A DNA stretch of 62,807 bases, the filler included, from Sluysia triapertura (taxonomy: Eukaryota): assembly GCA_046118255.1 (NCBI GenBank). It is 5 parts of 5 records of this genome, joined end to end, with 100 filler letters (N's around TTAATTAATTAA, not from the genome) between each part and the next. Parts side by side here need not be neighbours in the genome. Positions count along the whole stretch, not along the records: positions 12,673 to 28,061 come from JBJNIA010229678.1; positions 28,162 to 39,825 come from JBJNIA010182325.1; positions 39,926 to 50,723 come from JBJNIA010193305.1; 2 more parts are not named here. The stretch is one strand, 5' to 3'. Positions 26,821 through 39,979 of this stretch are shown piece after piece. The notes under the pieces were generated by a model that was given only the letters and a program-made list of their open reading frames with translations, had not been told where the DNA came from and did no database searches. The first letter of the stretch is position 1, and every line of letters begins with the position of its first letter. A program made the translations under genes and the position numbers.

Positions 26821-28192
26821 TAATTCATTTATATCTTATCTCATTTATTTTTACATAGAAAAACTACTAAATAAAATTTTATTAAAAGTCATTATCTTTT
26901 TAACTCATTAATATTGGTTTAAATTCTGCTTCCATTTCTTTCATTTGCTTGATTTGTTTTTTATCCTTCAACAACCAATGATTAATGATTGATGCATTAG
27001 GCATAAATAATATTCTACGGTAACTATAATTGAAGTCATATTAACATTCACTATCGAAATGTTCTGCATAGAAATTAATTTTGGCTGAACATTAGCTATT
27101 GTAACTAAATACGAATTCACAATAATTTTTACACAATTCGTAACAGCAAAAGATTCAAAAAATTTAAATGCTGATTATTATACTAATTTAGTCGAATGTG
27201 TAATAAAAAGGAGTAAGTTTTTATAAGATTCTGGAGTGATTATTTTATAATTTGTCTACTTAACCTAATATTCAAATAAAATTTGTTGCGGGTTCACATA
27301 CAATGTACATTTAATGCGCAACTTTGTACAAGGCTACGTAATCGCAGGATTTGTATCTGCTAACCAAGATTCTTCGACAATATCATTAAAGAAAATATCT
27401 CTTTCGATCTACAGATTCAATAACCTACTTTAACAATTCAAAATTAACTAAATAACAACAATAAAAATATATTAATTATAATTATTGATATAAAAACTTC
27501 TAGATATTTATATAAATAAATGCGAAAGACGATAGTTATCTTAATAAATATCTTAATAATTTGAATGTGATTTTATATCTAGACTTCAACTAGATTTCAA
27601 AAATTGATTTTGAGTAAAGTTTGTATCTTCACTTGAGGAAGACAAAATCCTACTATAAATAAAATTAGAAAACCTAATATCAAGCGTTACTTTAGATTCC
27701 AGCCAAGAATTTATTATTCAACGAAAATAAAATTGTTTTCGTTAGATAATCTATTCATTAGATAATCTTTGAAAATCTTCAATTACAACTGTTCTTCTTA
27801 TCACACTATTAAAAAAACTTTTCAAAATGTTTTTTGTATTTATTAAGACATCTTTATTTAAAATATTATTGTGTTGGAGTTCACTCAATCTTTAATTTAA
27901 ATAGTTTTCTACTTTCGTTAATAACGTACATTAACATTATTTATATTAAATCTAGAAAAATAATTTTTTATTATTCCGTTATTTGGACAGATTCAACATA
28001 TTATTTGCATTAAATCTTGAATTACATTACCATTATTTACTTAGTCAAACTTGGTCAATTANNNNNNNNNNNNNNNNNNNNNNNNNNNNNNNNNNNNNNN
28101 NNNNNTTAATTAATTAANNNNNNNNNNNNNNNNNNNNNNNNNNNNNNNNNNNNNNNNNNNNTCGTGGTGTTGTTGTAATATGGTTTTGTATT

Positions 28193-28249
<57 letters not shown>

Positions 28250-28465
28250 ACGTAAAATTTAAAAATGTATTGGCTTTTTCTAAACTGAACTTCGTTTATA
28301 TATTATAATTTTATTTATTCACTCCAATATTGGCTTTTTATTTTCGCATAATTTTATTGATTTTATTAAATATATCATTATTAATTTGATTTATATATCG
28401 ATTATACATAATTAAGTTATATTTTGTTTACAGTTTTTAATTATTTAGTTACAAATTATTTAACA

Positions 28466-29064
28466 CAGTCTTCAATGCTTTTAATTCTTACATATTAACT
28501 TAAAAAGCAATGTGCAAGAAATTAAATTATTAAGAAATGAAAAATCTAAATAAAAAGTTATTAAACAAAATTTTCGAGGCATGCAGAAAATTTATTTAAT
28601 AGTTTTTTCTTTCCTTTCTAAGTAAATAATAAATTAAATATAGTTTCTTAGCAGAGATTAATTTTCTGATAATTACAGTCTTTAAAAATAAAACAATGAA
28701 TCTTTTGAATGTTGTAATGTTGAAGCATTTATATGTGCACATTTTTGGCTTTGTTAATAAATATTATGTTAAGTTGCATAGATTTTAAAATGTGTTAAAA
28801 AAATCTAACTACAAAAGCAAAATAACAAGTTTTCGCATAAAACTAAATTTTGACATTGAGTTAAAATGGGTAAATTTTTTATTTTTAAAGATTTTAAATT
28901 AACAAAAAATGTATCTCTATTAAGCAAATACATTTAATTTATTATTTACATAGAAATGAAAAGCAAATAAAAAATAAATTTTCTCCCTGCCTCGAAAGTT
29001 ATGTTATTTAGATTTTTCACTGTTTTAAAGTTAATATATACAAATTAAAAAGCATAGAATACTG
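28466..29064. mobile_element. Foldback/MITE with long (~130-bp) imperfect inverted arms
   Basis: Three inverted matches: cagtcttcaatgctttttaatt vs aattaaaaagcatagaatactg; gaaaaatctaaataa vs ttatttagatttttc; ttttcgaggcatgcagaaaatttattt vs aaataaattttctccctgcctcgaaag. Confidence 0.75.
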
Positions 29065-29419
29065 CGATAATTAATATTCACTTTTTCGAAATTTAAAAGT
29101 GATCTTTAAAAAATAAGTTAAGTTATAAGCTTATTTGAATTAAATTTTTAATATTTAAGCGTTTCTAATATGTCGTATTGACTATTTTGCATAATAAATC
29201 TAATTATGTGTAATCACCATAAATAAGCATTTTATATGCATTTAGATTCATTTCAATTTTGATAAAAACCAATGCTATTGTCTGTAGATAAAAGTAATTT
29301 TGATAATTAACTTATATTAGTAAAGAATTTATTAATTATGCAAACAGTACTGAAGTATTATATATTATGATTACATTATGTTATTTATGCAATTTTGATT
29401 AAAAAATTATTATTGATAG

Positions 29420-30382
29420 AATCAATACTACTTAATGATCATTGTTATGGAAGTAGAAGATGCTTTTAATATCAAATCTTATAAATTCAACGATATAAAA
29501 CTCAATTTTAATCTAAATAATACAGAAATTATTAATAATAAAGTGGCAAGAAGGTTTTCTGTACATGAAGATATTGAATTTAGAGATCTGGATATATTTA
29601 TTACAGCGAAGTGCAATATAAATTATTATCCCGAGTATCAGTGTACGAAACAATGTATTGAAGAAAATACTTTTAAGTGTGATAAAAATGTCAACAAAAT
29701 TTGTTCAAAAGATTACATATATGAATCTATAACTAAAGAATGTAATTACGATTTCTGTACCAAGACAACTGAAAAGTGCCAAAATTTTGCTCCCTGTAAA
29801 AATACTGAAACTGGTATTCGATGTATTTGTCCGAATCATTATAGAGAGAAACTTTGTGAAATATTCAATGATCCATGTTTACAATATAAATGTAACAATG
29901 GTACAACGTGTCTATTCAAAAATAACAGAATAATTTGCCAGCCAAACCATAATATTAGAAAGTCTGAATTGAATTTTAACGACAATTTGTACTTTCTTAT
30001 AGTAATAATTGGACTAATTGGATTTTTATTCATTTTCATCATTATTTTCTTTGTGCTTTATTCAAAAATTCTTTTACAAAAAAGTAACTCGGATGATATT
30101 TGGAATGATTTTCCTGAAGTTCAACAAATGAATCCAATTTTACCTAACAAATTATTACATTGTTCGTTTATTAATTTGATATTCTTATTATATTTGTTTT
30201 TTTGTAAATTAATACATGTTGCATTTTATTGTGCGTTCAAAATGTTTTATTTGTTAGTTAATTCGGGCCTTAAGCCCTTTTTGATGAATTTTAAAGTTGA
30301 ATTAATTAGCAGTTATAGTTTAATAATTTTTAAAGTTTTAAAACAAAAAAATATAATGTTAAGAATAAGATTAAATCATTAA
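29420..30382 (+). CDS. Delta-like DSL + EGF + transmembrane protein (divergent; upstream exons unresolved)
   Basis: Acceptor AG at 29418-29419. A 6-Cys DSL-like unit CNINYYPEYQCTKQC...FKCDKNVNKIC...C is followed by one full EGF, one partial EGF and the hydrophobic segment LYFLIVIIGLIGFLFIFIIIFFVLY. Confidence 0.7.
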   Translation, partial: NQYYLMIIVMEVEDAFNIKSYKFNDIKLNFNLNNTEIINNKVARRFSVHEDIEFRDLDIFITAKCNINYYPEYQCTKQCIEENTFKCDKNVNKICSKDYIYESITKECNYDFCTKTTEKCQNFAPCKNTETGIRCICPNHYREKLCEIFNDPCLQYKCNNGTTCLFKNNRIICQPNHNIRKSELNFNDNLYFLIVIIGLIGFLFIFIIIFFVLYSKILLQKSNSDDIWNDFPEVQQMNPILPNKLLHCSFINLIFLLYLFFCKLIHVAFYCAFKMFYLLVNSGLKPFLMNFKVELISSYSLIIFKVLKQKNIMLRIRLNH

Positions 30383-33348
30383 GAAGGATCAAATGGTCCA
30401 TGACGCTCTCAACACTTTATACTCATTTTTGTTTTTTGTGTTTTTATGTGAAAATACTCGTCTTTTTACACAAATTTACTTTAAAAGTTTCAATTATGCT
30501 TTAAATAGATAATAATTACTTGTGAACTATATTAATTTATTAAATTGGTCCCATGATTGTTTAACAATTGCAAGAATTGAAATTTATAACTTGACTCATA
30601 ATATACAAAGTAAGTAAATACAGATGTTTGGATTTATATTCATTTTCCTTTATGTTACGGCATTATATTGTATTATATTACGAAATTTTAACAAACTCAA
30701 GGTTTATTTACAATATGTACGAAGTCGTTAAGAAAAATAAAAACATGTTTAGACATATTCAAATTTTTTTTCTTTAATATTATCGTCAAATTACAAATTA
30801 TTTTAATATTTCAATAATTTTATTTTACATTAATTTTAAATATTTTGCAATCAGACGCACAAGTGTGCCGAAAATGTTTTAATCTATTAAATGATAAAGA
30901 ATGAACATAAGTATGTTTAAAATGTGTATTAGTAAATTTATTTTTTTTGGCACACAAATTTTAAACTCTATGTACAGAGTCTAATATCGAAAAAAATTTA
31001 TTTTATTTTGTTTTTAATTTATTTTTCAAAAAGATTGATGCCAATAAATAAAAATGCCATGAACAATATTAAGTCAATTTGATGAAGAAATATATAAACA
31101 TGTTTGTCGACGAATTGAAATTCAAAATAGTAAAAGTGAAGAAATGAATTATTGAAATACTACATCAGATAAATACTTAGCAGCTTTTCCCGAGATGAAT
31201 GGATACATTATACAGATTCACCGATGTGTGATTCGTTACTTTAAACAAAAATTTGGTTATCGCGGTCTTAAAGCTCATAATTCGTGTTTATCAGTGTCAA
31301 AAAGTAGAACGGTTTTGTATAACATCAACGTATGATAATGAATTCATGAAATGATTGGCAGTGCTGAAAACATCTGTCATTACTGAAAATACCTTACATA
31401 ATTGTTGGTACAATGTTTGGTGATGAATTATGTTCTGATTTCGATCCTATGAAATTAGTAGATGATTTAAAATGTAAAAAATTATTTAAGCCAAACCCAG
31501 TTCGGGTTATATTAATTGAACAGTCGAACAACGAGTTAAAAGGTCATGAAGATAAATTTCATGAATTTAATTGTACTCCGATTTCATCGAAAAGTCCTTA
31601 ATTTCATCTTGCCGAAGTTCGTCGGTTTAAATGTGGATGTATCTTTAATGTATAGTCTAATATTGATAAACAGTTCAAAACTATGTTAAATAAATCATTA
31701 TTTTCTCTAGAGCTAAATTTAGGTGAGAAAATTGATCATCTCACCACCAAAAGCAACGAATTAAAATTAAATTACGAATTTCTAGAATTGAATTGATCAC
31801 TCGACTATTATTAGAGTGAAACTTTAAAATCCTATTCCAATGAATTAGTAACTGATACTGAAATATATTATGATAATCAACGGAATTATTGTGAGAATTA
31901 ATTTTATAATAAATTATGAAATATAATTTCAAAATATATCTAAATTATCTAAAAAATATAAAAGAATATCTTCAGTAATTTGGAGATAAAAATGCTCTGA
32001 AATCAATACGTGAGCGAAAGAAAATAAACCTTTCTAAAGAAAGAATTCAAACTTTCTGGAACATTTCACACTTAATTGGTATGTCGATAACCTTACGAAT
32101 AAGGTAATAGAATCGAAGAACGCAAAGATAAATAATTTTGTTAAATACTAATGAAATAAAAACAAATGGGCACAAACTAATACAAACCAATACATAACTA
32201 GAAAGTACAGATCATATGAATACGTTATATTGTTATATTATATATATTGTAATATATTGTTTCATTGTAATTTAATTTATTAATATTTTAAATATTCTAA
32301 TATTAATTTTATATAATTTAGTATTGTAATATTAATTTAATTGAAAAATAACAACTATTGAAATTATTAGTAAATTAGAAAAATTGAAATTATTAATGTT
32401 AAATTTTATTATCAAATGCATATGTAAAGTATTATGTAAGTAATTTTATGTAAGTGTTTGAAATATATTTATTGTCGTAAAGTTAGAATGCGAAATATAT
32501 TGTCATAAAGTTAGAAATTAATTGAAATTGTCATAAATTAATTGTCATTAATTATTGTTTTTATTGAAATTATTGTTATTATTACTTAATAATATTACTA
32601 AATAAAACGACATTATTAAAAACATTATTGTTTTTATGGTAATCAGATAACCAAGATAACCGATATCATTTGTTTATTTAGAAACAGACATCTAGTATAA
32701 ATACTTAATACAAATTCAAGAATTCGCACTGCAATTTTTATAAATTTAATTTTTACCGGCGAGATATTGTTTACATACTATACTTCAAAAAATTATTATT
32801 TAAATTGATTTGGATCAAGCGAGATATACTTTGTCACATTACTTAAATCAATTTGATTGCTATTCTTTTTCTGAATCGTTAGTTTTTACATATTAAGATG
32901 ACAATTTTATATAAAAATAAATTGAGCTTAAAATTTAACCAAATTTCTTGTAAAGTTTAATTGCTAAATAAAATCAGTTTTGTACTAAATTTCGGAATAT
33001 AATATTAATTAGAAATTAATATTAATAATATTATATTAGAATTATACTGTTTTTTTTGGAAATAACGATTAATTTTTAAGAACACTTTGTGTAATCATAT
33101 TTTGTAGTCACGAATAATTTTTAAGAACAATTTGTATAACTATATTTTGTAACCACAATAATTTTTGGAAATAGTGACATTTTGATAATTGTATACTGTC
33201 TAATCGTGTTTTTATTGTTGATTAATAAGTAATTGTATTTTAGTGTTACTTTTTAACTATATAATTATAAGTGTACTTTACGGTAACAAGAAAAATCTAA
33301 TATCTATGAATAATAAATAAAATCAAAATACTACTAAAGCAACAATAC

Positions 33349-33434
33349 CTCAAATTTTTCCATATTACTCTTTCGATGCTGACATCTATGTGCTGGCCTT
33401 TAAGTGCGTAAGTCCAGTGGCATAGAGGACTCAC
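33349..33434 (-). repeat. Structured dispersed motif, copy A
   Basis: Reverse complement reads GTGAGTCC-TCTATGCCACT-GGACTTAC...CATAGATGTCAGC, homologous to 36167 and 33855. Confidence 0.8.
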
Positions 33435-33854
33435 AGAAGAGATATTAACAATTATAGGAGCAAAAACAAAGTAGCAAATTTTCACATAATGTTATCAAAC
33501 GATAGTGATGTTTTTTACAATTATACAATTGTGAGAGCGTTAAATGATAATATAGTTATAGAATGATAAATTTTGATAGTCGATGATATATCCTATAAAA
33601 TTATACAAAATTAATTAACAATTAATTAAGTTACTAATTAGGTTAATTAAATATAAACGAAAACTTAAAAATAAATAAAGAACAATTAACAAATTATTAG
33701 ATAAATAAAGAACATTTTAAAGATTAGTGTAAGCTAGTCTTAAACTCATTTCAAAATTATAATCAAGTCATTTTATTGTCATAATTTATTTATTATTGTT
33801 GTATTTATATTGTGAGAAAGTTAAAGTGGAATAGAATAAAAAGCCTAGCTTAAA

Positions 33855-33905
33855 GTGAGTCCACTAAGGTAGTGGGCTTACCTGTTAGGGCCAGCCGTTG
33901 GATTT
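33855..33905 (+). repeat. Structured dispersed motif, copy B (diverged)
   Basis: GTGAGTCC-ACTAAGGTAGT-GGGCTTAC followed by ctgttagggccagc. Confidence 0.7.
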
Positions 33906-34004
33906 TCTATTAAAAGTTTTTTTTACAAAGTATGTGGAGGTTCTAATAGCTGTTATGCTGTAAAACTCTTGATATCTTATTAATACTGAAAATTTAATTT
34001 AATA

Positions 34005-34180
34005 GATTTTAATAAGGTTCTTACTTCGAACCTGGAGTATTAATATTTTAATAAAGTTCCTAAATAGAACCTTTATCAATTACAAAAATGATTTTAATTA
34101 GATTCTAAATAGAATCTTTAACAAATTTTTTGAAAATATTTTAATAATTGATTTTAATAAGGTTCGTACTAGAACCTATA
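34005..34180. repeat. Array of four short hairpin repeats
   Basis: ATTTTAAT(A/T)A then AGGTTC..GAACCT-type palindromes at 34015, 34054, 34100 and 34160. Confidence 0.75.
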
Positions 34181-36166
34181 ATGTTAATAATAAGCAATTC
34201 AAATTATAATAAATTTATTACAAAAAAGAATTCTATACAATTCCATATACTATGATAATACCAATATACTTTAAGTAGATTATGCAATAAATAATCTTCA
34301 CTCAAAAATATTAAATAATAAAGTTTAATGTGCTACCTTGAAATATTAGCAAAAGTTGAATTAAATGTTTAGTTGATTTTAGACAGGCAATTTTAAAAAT
34401 TGCAAAGTACTTATTAATAAAAAACTAACGACAATCGTAGTGATAGCAGGTCTAATTCTTCGACAAGGAGTTGTTAAATATCTCGACGTGGATGAAATTC
34501 AACGTGGATCAAACTTTTTAAAGACTTGAAAAACTTTTGTGTACAATTTTTTGTGTGTATTTGTGAAATTTCTTATTGTTTGTTTTTTCAGATGACCTTG
34601 TGGCCGTTTAAAACAATAGTTTAATTATATTTTAATACTTTTTAAATAAATGCTTAATAATTTTTTGTAAAATAAATGCTTAGTTTATCATATTTTAAAT
34701 AAAAAATTAATGCTTTATCATATAATACATTATTTTATTTAATAAATTATAAATTCTTACTTTAAAGGATTAGACTCCAAAACAAGAGATATAAATAATC
34801 AGTAAATAAATGTGCAAAACAATAAATTTCAATAATTAAATAATCAATAAATGAATATAATTAGTTTATAACAAATAATCAATGATTTAGAATTAGTAAA
34901 TGTGTTTATAGTTACAAAATTTACACAAAATGGACATTAGTCATAAGATTTGCAGCACAAAATTTATCGTCATTAGTCATAAATAATACACAAAATTTAA
35001 TCATCATCACAATATATTTTAATCGTGTCTTAATAATAAATTGTTAGAATTTCATTGATTTTTATTATTCATTTTTAGTTAACATAGTGGTTTGTCTTAA
35101 AAAGTGACCTTCATTTAGTTCGATTATACTTTTTTCATTTTATAAATACGTCTTCTAGTAGTACAGTATGAACGAACCTAACTAAGTTATATCATTTTGT
35201 TTAAAAGTTAAAATGAAGAAAATTACTTTACTAATAAGTTGAACTTATTCAGCATGCGATTGTTTACCAAATTATTATAAATTTAAATTTTGTTTTTATT
35301 ATTAATGATTGTTTATTAAATTAAATTCAAAGTTATTTAAAATAAATCTAAATCAAGTCAGCAACCCATAATTCCTTTTCAAATTTTAGAAATAAGTAAC
35401 AACTAAGATTTATTAAGAAATATATTTTTAATAATATTTATCAACTAATATTTTTACAAATACGATTCTGCAAATAAACATACAATAAAGATTTTACCAA
35501 ATTTAAGAAGTGATACTTAGTTTCAGTTGGGCTTATTTAAAACAGCCTTTAAAAATAATATAAAATTTTTCTTGTATTTTATTTACTTTTTAAACTTTGT
35601 AAAACCCTTATAGGTTAAAACTAATGTGTAATATAATTTTTATTGAATAAATGGATCTGAATTTGAATTTGAAATTACTATTGCTTGATGAAGTGAAATT
35701 AGTAGTCGAATATAATTATTGATTGCGAGAATATGACAGTGTTTGTTTAGAATATCTATTCTATAAATTTGAAAATTCGAAGTTTATGAAATCTAGGCCT
35801 TTATTAACTCTTGTATTTCCATAGGGGTTTTATTATATAAAATTCGTTTACCGGTTTTATGTACTTTTATATCCAAATTAAAGCTAGGCAGATTAAAATA
35901 TTATAACTAAATAACTTTTAAATCATTAAAATATATTTAATAATTTCTTCTTTTTAAAATCAATTTAAATTAATTTTTTTTTAAAATCTATTTAAATTAT
36001 AGTTCTAAATTATTTGTAAATTTAAAGTCACAGTTTAACTGAAGCGTACTAATACCTTTTCTCAACATTTTACTTTTAAGTCTCTAGGCCTTTTGTTCTT
36101 AAAAGTATTTTATTGTGAGAATTTGTGGAAAATAATATAAGATTTTAATTTTATGCGTTTATATAC

Positions 36167-36243
36167 GTGAGTCCTCTATGGCACCGGACTTACTTAGGGG
36201 TCGATGCATAGATGTCAGCGAAAAGTTAATGGGAAAAATGGAG
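36167..36243 (+). repeat. Structured dispersed motif, copy C
   Basis: GTGAGTCC-TCTATGGCACC-GGACTTAC-TTAGGGGTCGATG-CATAGATGTCAGC. Confidence 0.8.
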
Positions 36244-37631
36244 GTTAAAGAAAATGTTCGCAATTGTAGTTCTGCTAGCATTAGCAAGATTATGTTTTTC
36301 AAGTAATTTAAGTGCGATCTAAAAAGATCTTTTAAATCAATTTTGAGTTAATTATTACGACAAATTATCTTTTATTATGCTCTTGATTATTTTATTAAAT
36401 ATAATAATTATTTGGTTGATTGTGTATCAGAAAGAAATACTCTTAGATTCTTAAATATAATGGAACATAATATGGATTTATGTTCAATTACTTTACCTTA
36501 ATTAGTTATTCTAAATGTAATGGTGATAGAAAAATCCTTAGATTGTATCCTTAATTTTTAAGTACTTTATTATCTTCAATTTATAATAAGTTTTTTTTTA
36601 ATTAATCCACTTTATTTAATAAAACACAATGCTCGGAATTACAATAATAAACTATCAAATTTTATTATTCAATTACTATAGAGATGATACAGAAATTAAC
36701 TCAGTTTATAAAACATTTTTATACACACGAATTTAAACACTATTTTTTCAATAAAATAATATATGTAATTAAATAAGTATTTTCCTTTTGTAAAAAAAGG
36801 TTACCAAAAATTAAAAAATTTTACGTATACCTTGTAATATTTTATTATATTATCAAACTTAAAGAAAAATTTATATAAATTATACACATTTATTCTTCTT
36901 AAGGGAATAAATATAAATTAGTAAGCTGATCTTAAATTCCAATTAGTTTTTCAAAATTATGTTGTTCAATTAATTTTTTAACGTGTGATATTATCGCAAT
37001 TGCATGATATTTTTTGAATAACCTTTTTCAATTAATGATACTTATAACGCAGTTGTAATGATTATTTTCTTGTAAATATATGAATTTATTGCAAATAGAA
37101 TTTGTTCAACACTTTTTTAAACCACTTTAAAATAACTTCAAATGAAATGATATAAATTTAAAACAACTTCAAAATAACTTTAAAATAAGTATGATTTATC
37201 ACTTATGACTAAGATTTATTTTGTGAGCGTTATTTATGCTACACACTATGTCAAATGATTAAAGTGTCAAGTGATTAAAGTATAAATATAACTCGATTAC
37301 TAAATGATTAATATGTACTAATATTAACTATTCTAGATATTAATGATTTAATATACTTTTAATAAATAATAATGTTTTGATTTTGTGATAATAATAATTT
37401 ATTTAATGATTTAGTAACAACTAATATAATAATAATATACATAATAAATAATAAATTAATATTAATAATAATATTAAGAGTTAATTATGTATTATAAAAA
37501 TAATAGAAATAACGACTATTTTTTTCTTTATTTAATTAAATTTACATTATTATTTCATTAATATTAATTTAATTTACATTATTTACATATACATTATTAA
37601 TACATTTACATTACATTACATAATACATTTA

Positions 37632-37694
<63 letters not shown>

Positions 37695-37759
37695 TGTTGT
37701 TGTTGTTGTAATTATTGTAATTATTGTAATTATTGTGATTATTGTGATTATAATTATCA

Positions 37760-38520
37760 GAGAAGAGTTTTCGGCATTATCTTGCGGTACGTAAAATGTT
37801 TTTTATAGGTTTTCAGAAATTTTGATTTAATTGCTGGAATAACATTTTCTGTAATCATTTTTTATAATACACAGATGTAATAGATTCCACATTTTTCGTT
37901 ATTTTGTTCCTTTAGATATGTTCTTAGAATTTCTTTGAGCAGGTTCCTGACATACGAAAGGCCATATTCCAATTTTACTGTCAAAATAATACTTTCGATG
38001 TGTATTATAGTATGATCGACCCACTGCAGCCGTGAAAATCACTTTAATTATAAATCTTTTGCCTTTTCACTTTCTCTCAGGTTTTTCATGTAACATTAGT
38101 TAATAAGAGGGTTTAATTTTAATAAGATAAAATCATTTTTCGTCCAAATGAACATAATCATATAAGTTATCAAAAAGAAAATCTCTGTTACTGGTAAGCA
38201 AAACTGTAATCTTTCCAATTTAATTTTTTTATCCGTTAAAGTAGGTTTAACTATAGAAGATATTCGCTTAAAACAGTTTTGCTGTTTTAATATATCAAAC
38301 AAAGTTAATTTTGGAATATTAATAGCGATAGACTGTGAATCGTTCCTCGACGAACTAAATTGTCAGAATAATCTTTTCGTTTTCCGCATTTATTTTTCTT
38401 TTTTGAAGAAACATCGACAGATGTTTTACCTTTTATATATTGAGCTTGTGCTGTACGGTCAATTTTTTATATTTAGCATCTCTTTAAGTTTATCCATTTT
38501 TCTTCGGCATTTTCCATTTT
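37760..38520 (-). mobile_element. DD39D (plant-mariner-type) transposase pseudogene
   Basis: Motifs VDVSSKKKNKCGKRK, VKPTLT, YDYVHLDEK*FY, KSKRFIIKVIFTAAVGR, FDSKIGIWPFV, PAQRNSKN, VIPAIKSKF and QDNA, with frameshifts and stops. Confidence 0.85.
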
Positions 38521-39751
38521 CAAATCACAGCGGTGTCTATTTTATTTATCTTTGTCAAGTTCTTATTTTACACGAACACAATACCTGTCAATTAGGTTAT
38601 GTGACATTTAATTTTTACAATGGTAATATAATGAATATTGCCACACGTTTCGATAGTCTTCATAATCTACAATTTTTTTTGAAATGCATACTATATTTCC
38701 AGACAAAGGGAGTATCTTTTATTGACCAAGTAATAAAAGTTAATATAAAAGTAATTGAAGAAAAACAGTATAAGTAACCAAGTTAATTTATTTATATTTA
38801 AAGCAAAAATTACTAATGGCCAATTCTGCGTTTAAGGTTATGTTTCATTTATCTTATCAACATTTAAATCATGTATGTTAATAAATCTTAGTTAAGTAAT
38901 AGTTTTTGTTTGAGTGTCAGACTGACGCACTTCCATCTCTTACATCAGAGGCGAATTCCAACTTCAAGTCGAAATAAAATTAATTAAAAAAACTTTCAAA
39001 ATAACATTATTATTATTAATTATTATTATTATTATCATTATTGTTGTTGTAGTAAAATACTTTATGTAAATTTATTATCAAGTCTTAACTCTTCTCAAAA
39101 TTTATTCTTTATAGTCCTTTTGCTTAATAAAATACAGCAAAACTTTACACAGTAGAATTTATAATGTGTATTAGTATATTATGACACTCTGATTATTTAC
39201 GACTTTTAGTGTATCTTGATTTTTGATTTTGTATGTTCGCTAACTTTCTTTTATTTCTTACACTGATGTCACTCTACAATCATATTATAATTTGAATATG
39301 GCTTTATAAATTTATTACCGAACTCGTTTGATGATTTTAAACTTCCTTACTTACAACTTACTACTGTGTCGATTATAATGCTAAATTCTATTTTTTCAAA
39401 CTTTATTAGATGTAATTAATTACTTAATAACTATTTCATATTACTTATAAAAAATTTTATATTAATATTTTGTATAGTATTTTATATTACTTATAATTTG
39501 TTGTATATCATACATTTCATTAGTTCAAAAATATGACTATATTCATCATTTTCTTAATATTCATATAATCATTGGTACATTCATTCAACGATTGCAACGT
39601 TTTCATTTATTAATATTTATTAAAATGTTTATATTGGCTCATCAGGATTTAGATTTGTGCTAGCTCATCATTAAAATATTCAAACATTATAATTATAAAT
39701 ATTCATTCATATTATAACAATTCAAATATTATTTTTAAGCGATCAAATCAC

Positions 39752-39825
<74 letters not shown>

Positions 39826-39929
39826 NNNNNNNNNNNNNNNNNNNNNNNNNNNNNNNNNNNNNNNNNNNNTTAATTAATTAANNNNNNNNNNNNNNNNNNN
39901 NNNNNNNNNNNNNNNNNNNNNNNNNGTAA

Positions 39930-39979
39930 AGGCATTTGTTCAATAAATTATAGTTTTCAGTTTGAGTCGTATACGACTC
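39930..39979 (-). mobile_element. piggyBac-like terminus truncated by the contig edge
   Basis: Ends in gacaagagg-TTAA and carries the perfect subterminal palindrome TGAGTCGTATACGACTCA. Confidence 0.5.

Noticed and set aside
26900-27430. Coding-like minus-strand sequence inside the annexin intron
   Set aside because: Multiple stops and frameshifts, no recognisable family, and no evidence for stop-codon reassignment because the conserved genes use the standard code.
31050-31870. Coding-like tract including ORF 31413-31601
   Set aside because: Broken frames with no identifiable domain; likely a TE or pseudogene relic.
34005-34180. CRISPR array interpretation
   Set aside because: Eukaryotic context, repeats not identical, irregular AT-rich spacers and no cas genes. 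Kept only as a hairpin array.
33349-36243. Spliced-leader RNA or U1 snRNA genes
   Set aside because: Sequence upstream of the GT is not conserved between copies, there is no convincing shared Sm site, and U1 similarity is limited to CTTACCTG.
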